From a bacterium (GTDB lineage: Bacteria; UBA8248): a stretch of DNA of 64,000 nucleotides. Position 1 is the first letter of the stretch, and every line of letters starts with the position of its first letter. The DNA is taken from assembly GCA_965213685.1 (NCBI GenBank), contig CBDBZY010000041.1:32001-96000 (forward strand). Direction: 5' to 3'. The position numbers were made by a program, and so were the translations under genes. The notes beneath the pieces were generated by a model. It worked only from the letters and a program-made list of their open reading frames with translations, made no database searches and was not told where the DNA came from. Below, piece by piece: positions 50,159-63,882 of the stretch.

Positions 50159-50883
50159 CATAGGCGTATGAGAGGCATAAATATTGGGGAGGCGGCGGGC
50201 AGCCCGCCCGACCCCGGTAGTGTTGTTCTAATTAACTATATATAACTAAGACTAAAATGTGTTTTAGTACACACATTTTCCTTCTAGTAATTGAACTATA
50301 ACCAATAAGGATACCTAGTAACTGAGTAATATGGGAGCTCATGAACTATATATATACTAGGACTAAAACTCTAAAAAGGGTAAAAACTGAAATATTTATT
50401 CCAGGTTTAGTTATAGAAGATCACTTAGCATTTACAAAATATTCTGCATACTGATGCTTGACTCTTTATGAGCGACAGATATGAGTGGGTGATTGGGTAA
50501 ATTCGTACAAGAGAGTATTCCACTGGTATTCAGATTGTACAGAAGTATTATAGGGCATTACTTTGCTGTATTCCAGGAAATTCCCTATAAGTTGAACTTA
50601 AACTAATTTAAGAGTCTGTTGATAACTAGAACTAGAACTAAAACTATCTTGTACATTGGTAACTAAAACTAAACATATTTGTAGAGTTTAACAATAACTG
50701 TAACTAAAACTAAAACTCAAATCACATACTAAAACAACAATTGGGGGGGGGGGGGGGGGGGGCCGACAGAGTGCAAAGCACTTTGGAGAAGAGTTTTTAG
50801 TAACTGTTATATATCAACAAGACATCTAAGAATCAGGCCTAAAATATTGAGGGGGGCTCCAGCCCCCCCTTCCTACACCTATG
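50159..50883. mobile_element. Nested hAT-like MITE remnants
   Basis: Outer ends CATAGGCGTA and (reverse complement) CATAGGTGTA. Inner element ~50217-50742 has AACTAAAACT repeats and inverted GTTGTT(C/T)TA ends. No TSD confirmed. Confidence 0.4.
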
Positions 50884-51989
50884 ATTAGGCCTTGATGGAT
50901 TATTTTTATTTTTCTACCTATTACTCTATTCTTTTATTCTTGAAAGTCTTACCTATTATTCTTTTCATTATTCTCATTAGAACGTACTACAAAGTTTAAC
51001 CAGAACTGGTCCAGTAGCATCACAAACAATACACATACACACTATAGTGATATAGTTATTCGTGGACTGCAGCATGCACATGTGACCCTGCTGATGCAGA
51101 TGGCAAAAGACACAGGTAGTGGGAAAAATAACTGCCAGCAAGAATAGACCACAGGGTCAAAACCTGGACAGACTGGAATCATTCACATGACTGCAAAAGG
51201 TACCTATTATTCCTTCCTCCCCCCCCAAAACCCTAATCTGCATTTCTGGAAAAATGTTAAACCACCCTCTCCTTGCAGTTATAGCAAAACGATTTGCTTG
51301 CATAAGACCACTTTGTCATAGTGATACAAAGCACCAAAGTGAAGATTCTGTATACCCACCGTAGGTTTTGAAACAGAATCACCTATATGTGTGCTTTAGA
51401 CAAATGGTCCTGTTGCCTCAACATGTACCTGTCACAGATGGAAGTTCTGTGGCTGTTGATACTGTAGTATGTAATGATACCTTTCACTTTAATGCAGTAT
51501 TTTGAAACTCCACTTGAGTATGCACTTAGAAAATGAATATCATCATTACGTATAACAATAAGATGTGCTTGTAGTATCAGTTCAATGAACTTATTATGTG
51601 TGCATGCTGTGCAATGCCAAAGTACACTTGTATAGTAGCAAGCATGAAGCAAAAAACAGATCCTATTTTGCTTTTTTCATTTATTTTGCTTTCTTCATCA
51701 CTTTTTACTACTTAGTAATAACTTTGCTCAGCTAGTTGCTACAACACCATCATTTTTACAAAAGAAGCAACTGTTGGGTAAACAGAGTCCATGGTTTACC
51801 AGCCCACACAGCATGAATGAAAAGAAGTAATAAGTTTAAGACTGCTTCAGTTTACAATTAAATTGCCTACTCTTTACTATGCACGAACATGCATGCATGC
51901 ATGCACACATCTCATTCTTCTTCCTAACTTATTGCTCCTCCATCATCAGTTGCCTCCCCTCCAGGCACCCTCTCACTTGCCATGTCATA

Positions 51990-53210
51990 TCAGTCAGGCG
52001 CATTTTTTCAGGTTGCTGAGGACTAGATTATTCCATCATTGTTTCTGACCCCTTACCACTCTGTGGATGGCACATTATATAGGAAGCACTTAGGAATGTG
52101 AGTGTCATTCATCCTCTTCAGGTGGCCTAACCACCTCAACCTCCCCTGCATCACCATGAACTTTACCCTCTTGATACTGGCCTTCACGTGTAGCTTGCAT
52201 GGTATATTTCTCTTCTTGTCTCACCTTGTCACACACAAAATCACACACAGACAACCCATGATGAAGGCCTGCAAGCACTTCGTTGGATGACAGAAGGGAT
52301 CCAGGTCTCAGACCTATACAGTAGGGTGGAGAGGATCACAGTCCTGAACAGGCACAACAAGTGGATGTTTTGAGTCTCTTCCTGCATCATGCGTAACACA
52401 TAGTACAGGGAACTGAAGGAACAAGCAGCTTTGTTGATATGCAAACTGATCCCTCTGTCCAGGGTGCAGTCCTGGGTGATGGTGCTGCCAAGATACCTGA
52501 ACACCCACTACAGCCACTTGCTCCTCATCTGGCTTCAGATGGACAGTGCGGGGCAGGGAAACATGAGAAGTAGAGGGACAGACAGCAAGGATCTTGGTCT
52601 TACTGCTTCATGGAGAGACCAACCCCAGAACAGAGAGTGTTCAATGACCTCGGTACTTCCTCCAAAGCATCCACGACTCACTAATGAGCACCACATGATT
52701 GGTATACTCCTACAGGTTAGAGAACTGCCTCTCATTCTCTTCCTGCTCCTCACCAACGTGTCTCCAAGATCATCTTGGTCCCACTGTGGGGGTGCTGAGC
52801 TAGCATGGCAGCAATGACTTGAGTCAAAGAAAAAATTGAACAGGGTATCCCTCTCTGACTCCAGCGGAGATCTTGAACTCCCCTGAGACCCTGCCATGTG
52901 CCCTCATAGCTCCCCTGGTGCCTGAGTGCAGTGCTCTGAGGATGCATATATATCAGTTTGTCAGGAAGATGTATATGGTACTTTTTCTACAAAGCCATCC
53001 ATAGGGTTCCACAATTCACTGAATCATAAGTTTTCTGCAGGTCCACAAATGAGAAGTACATAGGGGTGTTGCCTTCTCAGCCAGGACTCAAAGCATACCT
53101 GATTGATGCAACCGCAACTTTTGTGGAAGCCACATTGACTTTCTCCTAATAGATGTTCGGCCCTCTCTGCTATCCTCCTCTGGATGACCTTGCATGCAGA
53201 AGACCTTTCC
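51990..53210 (-). mobile_element. Degenerate RTE-like LINE reverse transcriptase fragment
   Basis: Frameshifted motifs LGESQCGF, FVDLQKTYDSVN and FRYLGSTIT. Confidence 0.75.
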
Positions 53211-53461
53211 TGGGACAGAGAGCAAGGCTATGCTTCTGTAGTTGTCACAGTCCTGCATGAGTGGATCCTTTCTTGTGCAGTACTGCCTTAACCAGTCTCT
53301 TGGTACTCATTTGGGAGCCCCATATCCACTTGATACAGTGGTTGTTGACAGGCTCATATCGGAAATGGATCCTGAACTGTGGACCTTCATTCATTCCATT
53401 ACAAGGTCAATCTCAGAGTCTAAGGGGTATGATGTCAAGACAAATGATTCCACGGCACACT

Positions 53462-53820
53462 TTTGTCATCTCAAGTAGGCACGTGGATTGCTTCTATTGG
53501 AAGGCCTGCCAGTGTAGCTGAGAAATACTTTAAAGAGTGTATCGGGAGACTTGATAGCGCTGCCACCTACTGTGAATCAGATTCCACCGCACCAGTGGCC
53601 TGGTGTGTGGAGTTTTGCAATGAGTGATGATGTGAACAATCTCTTCATTCCTGGGAGGCATCAAAAGAAAGCACTAAGGACTGTTGTCAAATTTCTGTGT
53701 CAGACAAAAGTTTCAGTTCTTGTTGATGGTTCACCTGCAAGTATACAGACGTAACTGGCAGACAGAAAACTAGGATGTCAATATATTGGTAGAATGAGAG
53801 CTGTTGATTTACTCAATCAC
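53462..53820 (+). pseudogene. GNAT C-terminal fragment
   Basis: Matches ~18095-18470 with indels; lies just upstream of the next intact copy. Confidence 0.8.
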
Positions 53821-54080
53821 TGTTACTTGGTGGTCATGGTACATATTCATAAAGCAAAATTACCTGTACGAGGGCTGTCAATTTTTCTCAGGGCCACACT
53901 GCCTCACACTGCAAGGCTTGAGAGTGTTCATGCACATATGCATCTAGAGTTTGTATGTGTAGTAGCATAATTATATTACTGACAGTATTTTTGTATGCAG
54001 CACTGCGCCAGTACGTGGTGGGAAGGTGCACCCCAATCCTTTTGAGCATGCGCACTGATACGCAAGGGTCAGAGGTCGTG

Positions 54081-55034
54081 ATGGCAATGTTCAGTCTGCT
54101 CGCTTGTGTCCGACGCCTTCGTTGGCCGTTATGGACGCGGAAGGTTGTTCAACACCACGCTACCGACACGTCGACACACAGCTGTACCGCTATCCGATTA
54201 GACACCAGTGATCTGGGGCAGCTACGTGCGAAGATGAAGGCAGGACCACCTACAGCTAGTGCATTATGTAATTCACTCAGGAACGTGATCGAAGGACGAG
54301 TGGAGGGACATTTCTACACGGACGGATGGCCAGAGTTCACCACGGTCGTGTTCCAGTGCCTCCAGCCCAGACTCTCTGACGTGTGTGACCTCCACTGCTA
54401 CACTACCTCCAAACAGCAACTGCACTGGGTCTTGGAACAGGCTCGCCTCGTGACCAGTGGTCAGTGGCAGTATATACAAATTGTGGAGGATGATGATGCA
54501 GTAGTTGATTATGTGGTCCAAAACATCCGACCCAATGGACAAACAAGGTTGAGCCGTGGTGATTATGCAGTACATGATAATGGAATGTATGCACTTGTAG
54601 GGCAGCTCCCAACCACCAGTGCCGAGTGTCCTGAGGGGTACAGACTTGGAGAGCTGGCAGCTGAGCACAGCACACTTGTGTCATCTCAAGCAGGCATGTG
54701 GATTACTTCATTTGGACAGGAGAAATTCATGAAAGAATGTATCCAGAATCTTCAAAGTGCCGCTGTCTTCTGTGATTCTGATCCCACCACTCCAGTGGCT
54801 TGGTGCATGCAGTTTGGTGTGAGTGGTGAGGTGGGCAATCTCTACACACTCGAGGAGTACCGAAGGAAAGGTCTAGGCACTGCAGTGAAAAGAGCATTTT
54901 GTCGGAAGCTGTTATCTCAGGGAGATATACCATTTTCAGTTGTTCTAGATGGTGCACCTACTAGTAGTGTTAAGTGGCAAAGCAAAGCTGCATTTCAGCA
55001 CGTTGGCAGAATGAAAGAGTTGATCTTGTTTTAA
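54081..55034 (+). CDS. Intronless GNAT acyltransferase, long N-terminus
   Basis: Motif A LYTLEEYRRKGLGTAV. Start chosen at MAMFSLLACVRRLRWPLW by alignment to 17484; the ORF is open from 53955. Confidence 0.85.
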   Translation: MAMFSLLACVRRLRWPLWTRKVVQHHATDTSTHSCTAIRLDTSDLGQLRAKMKAGPPTASALCNSLRNVIEGRVEGHFYTDGWPEFTTVVFQCLQPRLSDVCDLHCYTTSKQQLHWVLEQARLVTSGQWQYIQIVEDDDAVVDYVVQNIRPNGQTRLSRGDYAVHDNGMYALVGQLPTTSAECPEGYRLGELAAEHSTLVSSQAGMWITSFGQEKFMKECIQNLQSAAVFCDSDPTTPVAWCMQFGVSGEVGNLYTLEEYRRKGLGTAVKRAFCRKLLSQGDIPFSVVLDGAPTSSVKWQSKAAFQHVGRMKELILF

Positions 55035-55467
55035 GCCACTCTTTGTTTGGAGCTCATGTACACAAAACCAAGTGTTTCTATTGGCACTGTCAATGCTTCT
55101 GCAAAGTGACCCTTTCAGAGAACCATGCAGCTGTGTGTAACCATTCATATGTTTTGATCGTTCACACTGTAGGAGTCTGATATTAGCAGAGAAGGGCAAT
55201 TTGCAATGACTTTGGTTTGTCGAGTACATGTTTCCCTTAGACGTATTACATTGCAGGGAGGCAAAACTACACACTTGTGTGGGGGTTTCCCCTGCTTGCC
55301 ACTCCTGCAGTATACTGTAGCCTACTACTTAACCTGGTATGTTATAATAACATACCATGCCAGGTTAAGTAGTGTTTGTAGGTATTATGTTACAAACGTG
55401 CATGTATGTTTCTGCTTGTTAAGCTCTCTGTATACAACAAAACTGCATGAACTGATGTATAATTATT

Positions 55468-55840
55468 TTTAGACCATAGCCACCTCAAATCCTGCAATGT
55501 GATTGGTCAGCAGAAGGGCTCTGAAAACTCATAGATCCCTACAGAATCTACATGAATTGGCTATAGTGCCCTACAACTTTATCAAATTACCCTAACAGTT
55601 TTCTTGTTAAAGTTGTAGACTATATGTTAAAGTTGTAGGGCTCTATGATGTTTACTTGTTAAAGTTGTATAATTGCCAGACTATGGTCTAAACAACTTAG
55701 ATACTGTGTCCAATGGGATCTACGGTATTTAGAAACCCGAGGGCCCTGGGCTGTAGTGTCCCGAGCGCAGCGAGGGCACTACTAAGGGCCCGAGGGTTTC
55801 TAAATACCGTAGATCCCTTGGACACAGTATCTAACTGTTA
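55468..55840. mobile_element. Second copy of the hairpin element (opposite isomer)
   Basis: Body and arms are the reverse complement of 21068-21440, but the 91-bp core (55721-55811) is identical on the + strand to 21097-21187. Confidence 0.85.
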
Positions 55841-57384
55841 TGTATGATGACTCAAGCAAAGATCAAAGTATATAACCACAGCCACTTTAGAAAAATGCTC
55901 TAGCCACATCCTGCCATGTCGATTGCAGATAGAACATGGAAGAGTCTGCACAATTCCCCATACTTTATATGTCAAACTTCTTAGAAAAACCACAGTGGGT
56001 CTATAATGACCGCCACGATATCAGGAGGTAGAAGTACTAAGAAACTATGAACGCACAAGCTGCATACTGTACATGTATATACGCTGCTTTTAAAGTGTCC
56101 AGTCCAGTGGTAATGGATGGTCAGGCAGGTGCTGAGGAGCATATAGACTTATGTAATCAAGATTCCTTTCCTTGCTTCCCCTTTCCCATGAACCTAAGCA
56201 GCTGGCATGGTATTGTCTCAACTGGCAATGGGATAGTGAGAGCACATGCACACTCACTGCGATGGTACTGAGTGGTAACAACCCTCTCCCCTATATATCT
56301 ATTGCACAAGATGTACAATAGGCAGTGAAGTGTGGAGCACTTTGTCACAAAGGACATCATCCCTTAACTGGCATATGAGGAACCATTGTACTATTGTAAC
56401 ATCTCACATGTGTGGTATTGCTACATCAGCAGTAGTAATATAAATTCATTTTAATTGCAGATGACATACAAATAATATGCTTGTACTTGTACATGATGTC
56501 ATACAATTTAAGGGATGAAGTGGAGTGTTCATGAGTGCACAGAACTAAGTTTAAACCTAAAGGACTGTGGGAAAAGTGTGTGGTGTGGAGGAGTGAGATG
56601 TATTTCTTCATGTACATCTGCAGCAGTAATAAATTATGCCTTGTACATGTAGATGACAGCATACAAAGTTGTTTATTGACGACATCATAAAATTAACAAA
56701 AATGAAGATTATCATTCATGAGTCCACAGAATGGCAGTTGAAAAGGTCTTGATGAACTGAGGGTGGATGAGCGGAATGGATGGAAGGAGTAAGATGATGG
56801 ATTTGTGTTGTACTTCGACCTGACTCAGAAAGGCTATGGCATGTGTACTCACATGTACATGTATAGACACATGTATGTGTGCATAACATGTGTCAGTCTT
56901 TTTGTGTACGTGTGTGCTATTTGTAACACGTATGAACAAATTTAATTGAGGAAGAGAGCACAGCGCAGGTGACGTGGCACATGTCACAAGTACACCAGTT
57001 CATAATGAAACAACTGATCATATTCCCTGTCACAATAAATAATCAGTCTAGTCTTTTCTTGGTTGAATGTACATGTGCATCAAATGACAAGAGCTCTCAT
57101 TTAGTGTTTTCACCAGGTGTTCTAGTAGTAACTTGGAAGGTGTATCTTTCCCACACACTTATTTTTGTGTGTTATTTTCTTACAACCTGACTTTTTATTT
57201 CCATAGTCATCTCCCCCCCCCCCCCCACACACACACACTTGACCTTCCCACCACTAACCTCTGTCTCCTCTCTTCCCTTCCCCCTCCTCCCTTTCTCTCT
57301 CCCAGGAGTTTTCCAATGCCTGAAGAGAGAGGAGGGGAAGGTGAGGGAGGAGCGGAGTTGATAATTGTTTCATTTTCTTCACAG

Positions 57385-57690
57385 GCAGCCAGCCAAGTAG
57401 GTGCTCTGGATACTGGCTACATGCCAGGAGTGACCAAGAAGGACCTGAAGAATGTCAAGTTCCTCTATCTCCTGAGGGAATTAGTTTGAACACCACCTCC
57501 CCTCTCTTCCCCTTCCTTCAATCTCTCTCCCTCTATTTTGCCTCCATCACCTCCTCTGTTCACTTTCCCTCTCTCCACTGACCTCCCCTCTCTACTATCT
57601 CCTTCCTTACTCCCTCCTTAGCCTCCTACTTTCCACCTCTCTTCACCTTCATCTATTCCCCAGGATTCGGGTTATATCACAAGTGTAACT
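57385..57690 (+). pseudogene. NDUFS1: Orphan genomic fragment of NADH dehydrogenase 75-kDa subunit
   Basis: After a CAG acceptor, AASQVGALDTGYMPGV...VKFLYLL resembles NDUFS1 ASQVAALDLGYKPGV...KVLFLLG. The next acceptor at ~57663 gives DSGYIT (compare DGGCIT). The rest of the gene is absent. Confidence 0.65.
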
Positions 57691-58413
57691 TCTTTGTGAT
57701 GTTATATATAATTACATGACATTGTACATATTTGTAGAGATCATAGTAATGTTAGTGTGTTCAAGCATGTACATTGTCATACATAGCCAGGAAAGAATGT
57801 AATTCTACATTGAGTGTTACTTGCAATGGTCTCTAACATAACTATTCAAATTCTGTCAGTCGCAACTAAAAATGATGTATACAGTACTGTTGAGTAAGAG
57901 TTTTGTCTTCCTAGTCATACATGTACTTTGGCTGAAAATAAGAACCAGCAGCTGAAATGAGCAATACACTAGACAGTTATATACAGCTACTAAAGTTCCA
58001 AAATAGTTGTGATGTCTGGTGTTTGCAACAGGAGTTTTAGGTTAGCATAAGTCATCAATATATAGCTAATTAAAATAGCGTCACAGTATGTATTGCTAGT
58101 GCAATAACTGGGGGGTGTGGCCCTTCCATAGCCATGGGTGACAGCCCCCCCCCCCATCCCCCCTGTATTTCTTACACCAGTGTTGAAGCACATGGCAACA
58201 CCTGAAGGCATAGTGATGACTAGTATGTAACATAAGTACACATGCTGCATCTTCTGTGTGTGAACATAGAGTACTGTCTTCTTGCTACAATTTGGCTGCA
58301 ATAGAAAACTTAAGATTAGCAATACAGTATACACACCACACATAACTTAGTCTGTGACATACAGCATGGTAGAGTGATGTTCTATTGCGATATATTGTGT
58401 ACTGATGTCTCAC

Positions 58414-60848
58414 CGTGGATTGTACTTGCAAAGGACAAGAGTGTCAGTCCAGCTTCCTGATCTGCATTGCTTCACCCCACACCCCACCAGTTCAGTATTG
58501 TCCCAGACAACCTGGAGCAACAAGGACAAAACTATAAAGTAGCAAAGGGTCCAATACCAGGTAGGAACAGTTAATTTACTTTATTAATTTTCTTCATTAA
58601 TTTGAGGCCACCTTATTATTTTTGATTAAAATGGTAACTGACTAATACAGTTATCTTACATGTCACATTGTTGCAAACAAAAGCAAAGTTACACTCCATG
58701 TACCTATCAGCACACTCAGATCAGAGCTGAATTGATAGCACAACTGAAAATAGGGCTAAACAGAGTGGGCGATACTCAAAATGAAGAGTTCATACCCACG
58801 CAGTGAAATTGTGAGGTACTTAAATATTCCTTTACTCCTTCTTTTATTTCCACCAGGCAATTAGCATCTTGTGGGGTAGGGTATTTCAGCTTACACCACA
58901 TTAAGATCTAGGTTTTGTCATGCACATTTTACTAGCAACCTCTTCTGATGCTAACCTGAGTGTAGTGTCCACAGGACTCATCTGGAGGTGCATTGCATCT
59001 ATTGGTGCTGTAGTCATACCACCATTCTTCATCATGCCAAAAGGTTAACATGTCTATAATCCACAGCATTGTCTGTGCTCCCAGATACACTGGATTTGTA
59101 CACATTCTCCCCACTTGGGCGATGGTGGGCAAGTGGACAGCCATTGACATTGTCAAGATAGTTTTGAGCAGAGTTTGCCAATGCCAAGCTCTACCTCTGT
59201 GTGTTCATAGCAAAAGAGCAAATTAAAGTGAATTTCAGCACATGTGACAAAATTGCTACCATGGAAAAAGTAACAAAGTGATACTTCAGCAAAGTACTAA
59301 TATGAGACAAATTGTGTATGTGTATATTAAGTAGTTCTTTTTAAGAGTGTACTGCATCACTGGTACCATTCTTTTCATATTAGCTGCTTGTGGTGATGTG
59401 TTTTTGCGGAATTTATTGTGCTGGTTGACAATTGCACTTCTTTCCTCTGCAGTAATCCGCAGTGGAGAATTGTCTGCATAGCGAATGCAATACTGCATGT
59501 AATTACAATCAACATAATGGCAGCTACTAAAGCTCTGAAACTTGTGACATGTAGTACTTACATATATGCACTATGTATATACTCAAGGTGACCTCAGCAA
59601 TAAACTACACATACACATGTATAAAGGTATGCAATGAACTGATTACCTATCGATGAAGGTGGTGGAGATGGACTTGGTAGGGTAGCCACTGGACTATTTG
59701 TAGAACAAGCTTCCTGTGGCTGCTGGAAGCACACCTTGGCAGGAGACTGCCTGAATGCAGTTGAGATCCAAACAAACATATTGCTATCTGGATCAGGCAC
59801 TCCCAGCCTTGTGCGGGCAGGGATGTCATAACAGATGTTCTGTGATGTGACACTGTAGCACTCAGTCCCTACACGCATGTAGGAGAGGGTAAGAGCTAAC
59901 ACATCAGTGACCTCTCTAGCAGAAGTAACTGTTTCAGTAAAAAGTTGGAGCACTAACAATTATGTGCACATGCAATCAAAGACAGTTTTAGCGACAATAA
60001 ACACAGTCCCTACACCCATGCAGGAGAGGGTAACGATATATAGTAAAAACATATCAGTGACCTCTCTAGCAGAAGTAGCTGTATCAGTTTTTTAAAAATT
60101 GGAGCACTAACGCACTTGTGTGGGCCTATCAAAAGCACCGACAATACAATAAACTCCCGCTACAGGCAGCTGATAATCTGACAACCACTTAGAAATCCAT
60201 AGAAATACTTATCACCTGGCTAGTTTTGACCGGTTCTAACTGTGTTACAAGCCAGTTAAAGTCCCGTTTACGCTCGTATACTACGGATACTATTGAACGC
60301 GGTTGCCGTCTCGACTGAAATCATAATATGTGCTATCATTCTCTCGACCTCATACCCGTAGTACACTCGCACGGTGCGTTAACTAGTACATAAATGTGCA
60401 AAATCAAAGTGATAACAGAGGCAAACCAAATATTAACATTGCAACGAATACAATAGGGCGCTAAGCAGTATTTTGAATATTATAATAAAGTATTGGTTGT
60501 AATTTACTAATTTACCATCACTCCTTTGCCGCTGACAGAGGGTAATTGAAGGATTAGGGGAAATGTTAGGGTAGCGAATGTAGGCAGTCACACAGTCTCC
60601 ATCCACACAAGCCCAAAAGTTGCCATGTCCACTATCTACATCTCTCTGACTGGAGCAAATCTCAACTGATTCAGAAGTATCAAGACATTACAAAATGTGG
60701 TAGTGTAGTAGCTAGCTGCAATTGTGCAGGAGCCATGCAGAACATACTCTGTATACACGTACCTACACAGAGAACGATGCTTACCAGAGAGTGAGGTGGA
60801 AGCAAGAGTGGCAACCATAATAGTGACAATAAAATTGATAGAAGCCAT
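58414..60848 (-). pseudogene. Secreted CAP/SCP (CRISP/PR-1-like) protein with a Cys-rich N-terminal region, disabled
   Basis: Signal peptide MASINFIVTIMVATLAS; motifs HNKFR...AANMKRM, GENVY, CGHYTQ|VVWDNTELVGCG...LCKYNP. Exon 59196-58956 has TAG at the conserved Trp (59193-59191) and two frameshifts. Last exon not located. Confidence 0.8.
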
Positions 60849-61126
60849 GGCATTTGCGGGTGTTGAAGGGCGTTCATAAAGCTGTAGGTACTGTTTGGCA
60901 AGTTTCAGAGTTGTGTTTTGTTACGACAGGGATTGCTTCTTTTATTTCTGCCTTAGGACGCTTTTGGCACCTAATGAGATTTTTTACATTATGGCAGCAA
61001 TCCGCCCAGTAACTGTGGTCTCCGGGACAATGTAGTTTTAAAGAGTTAATAGACTTTTCGTAACTAGTCCAAATTTCAGCCCCCTCCCAAAATATTGACG
61101 CCTAAAAAACTTTATTGAGAGGAGTA

Positions 61127-61194
61127 GATGGAGCATTCTTTCTCCACTGAAAATGTTTTAAGTACTTTCTTCAGTGGAGAAAGAATGTTCCATC
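61127..61194. repeat. Hairpin, 25-bp arms and 18-nt loop
   Basis: GATGGAGCATTCTTTCTCCACTGAA...TTCAGTGGAGAAAGAATGTTCCATC (1 mismatch), between the divergent CAP and GNAT starts. Confidence 0.85.
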
Positions 61195-61734
61195 CTGTAT
61201 GGTTGTTTTTGGGGGAGGTAATGGGCTTCTATTTGAGGGTATGATAGTTGTATCTGGGGGGTGTATACTTCTATGGATGTATGGTACCGTAGTTTGGGGG
61301 CGGGGGGTATATATGGTACTTCTACCCACTACCATACCCCCCAAATAGAAGTACCATACCCCCAAAATAGTATCCTCCGTTCATACCGTAATTCGCACTT
61401 GTTTTAATTGAGAGAAGTGCATAGCGTAATTTTGACACTAATTTCCCCCCATAATACCTGCGCCCGTATCTCTAATGAACATTCCGACTTAGTGGAGTCT
61501 TATCCAGGGCCTACGTGGACAAGCGACTGTACTTTAGCAGTGAGCGGGCTCATCATAGGCGCTAGATCGAATCACAGGCTATATTCCTTCTGTACTTTTG
61601 TAGCCTCGTTTCCAGTCCACTCGGCGGGAGCACTTGAAAGCCGCGGGTGCCGCCGCGGCAGCTGCGTTCAGTTTGCCAGCCGCGTCGCCGCCACACCTCT
61701 TGTAGACAACCAACTTCCTTCACATTCCACATGC

Positions 61735-62612
61735 ATGGCCTACTGCAGAGTCGAATCTAGTGATCTGGTAGAATTGTGTGAGAGACTATAAAACTAGAAT
61801 TACCGAGAGCCGGTTCTTTGCTCATTTCCGCCAGGAACGTGATTGCAGGACGAGTGGAGGGAAAGGTCTACACGGACAAATGGCCAGGATTTAGTACAGT
61901 CGTGTTCCAGTGCCTCCAGCCCAGACTCTCTGATGAATGTGACCTCTACTGCTACACTACCTCCAAACAACAATTGTGTTGTGTCCTGGAACAGGCTCAC
62001 CTTGTGACCAAAGGTCAATGGCAATATATACAAATTGTAGAGGATGATGATAGTACAGTAACTGATTATGTTGTCCGCAACATTCGATCTGAGGGAGAAG
62101 TGAGATTGATCCATTCTAATGATTACTCAGTACAAGAGTTTGGAATGTACACCTTGCTGGGACAGCTCCCAGCTGCCAGTGCCGAGTGTCCTGTAGGGTA
62201 CAGGCTTGGAAGGCTGGCAGTTGAGCACAGCACATACATATCATCTCAATCAGGGCAATGGGCTTTGGCTTTGGGAAGACCTGCCGGTGTCGTGAAAGAG
62301 TACTTCAAGCATTGCATTCAGAGGTTGCCTAGTATTGCTGTCTACTGTGATTATGATTCTATCACACCAGTGGCCTGGCTGATGCAACATTCACCAAATG
62401 GCACGTTGGGAGGTCTCTTTACTGTTGAGGGGCATCGAAGGAAAGGGTTAGCTACTGTTGCTGCACGTGAAGTATGTGAAGTGATCATTGCTCAAGGTGA
62501 TACTCCAATGTCATGTATTCGAGACGGGTCATCTAGTGTCAAACTGCACAGCAAACTAGGGTTCCTACACGTTGGCAATGAGAAAGATGTGTACTTGCAC
62601 ATCAATGAGTGA
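61735..62612 (+). pseudogene. Short-type GNAT paralog with a single 2-bp frameshift near the start
   Basis: MAYCRVESSDLVELCERL, then CTA[TA]AAA at 61787-61790 shifts frame relative to the 48488 copy. The remainder is open (LFTVEGHRRKGLATVA). Confidence 0.8.
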
Positions 62613-63882
62613 ATATTGTAGTTACAGACCACAGCATAGTTCATCGTAAGTGTCCTTTCAGTTTGTGTATAGTCTTTATACAGGTGTGTATTATCTTTAT
62701 ACAGGTGAATATGAACCAGTACGTAATTTAGGTATGCATCTTTAATGTACACGAAGCCGATGCCAATTGTAAATCGGTATATATCCCGTTTGCGGCACTG
62801 AACGAGATAACTGTAAACTATTTTCAGAGACGCATGTTCGGTCAGACCCTCACGTGCACGTGCGCCACGGTACGGCCCGCGGGTATGCTGGGCACGAGTG
62901 TTTCCCGGCCATACTTGTATCTCGTGCTTGATGGGAGCCATTGCTGGAATGGTTTTAGATTTATATTCTCTATGATAATAATAAAATGGGATACTCTGAT
63001 AACGTGGAGCCCACAGTATTGCATCATGTGAAGTACAATCATGTGATTTGACTGTGAACAGGTTTGCTTAGCATGATCGATATTCAAACATAATAATATG
63101 AAACCTGCTTGCACCACAGCAGCAGTCTCACAAATCAAAAGCACTGGTGGTATGCAGTTTTTCTCCTAATAGCCTCTGCTTGCATGATGTCATTCAGCTG
63201 CAACTGAGATAACCTTAGCAAGGTTAAAACAACCATCTCTTTTTTGCAGTGTAGGCAAGCTTTCTTATGGTGTATGATAAACTGCAGTGGCCCACAAGAG
63301 GTGAGTGAGTTTCAGCACCAGGTGTATGCCTGAGCTTACAAAAATCAGTTTGGTACGTACAAGAGGGACAGTGCTGTGATACAAAAATGCTACACTACAC
63401 CCACAAGATGCATAACACTAGAAACATACATAAGCGTAGTTTGCCTAGACTCGTTACTACCATACACAACAGTATAGACACAGGTGTTTCCTCTCTGCAA
63501 GCAGAGGGTTGGTGGCTGTGCTAGCTTACCCACTCCAGTCACACTTCCATACCACTCTCCCACAGTCTCCCCTCCATACCCACTTCCAAACCAGTGTCCT
63601 TGTGTGTACTGCTCATGCAGCCCTATCCCCTCACTGCTGCCCCACTCCTGCGTTCTGCAGATGTGTTTCAAAACCTTGCATGTTTGGCCAGACCTTCCCC
63701 TTCTCATTTCACTCATGCACACATGTCACAGAATGTGGTCTGGTTTACAAAATTAGCCAACCACCAAACTAGCAGGAGACTTGATGGAGACACACTCTTC
63801 CTTCTCCTTCCCTGTCCCATCTCCTTGTCCTTTGCTCTACCATACCCCCCAAATAGAAAGTTCATACAGTAAATCCCACTGG

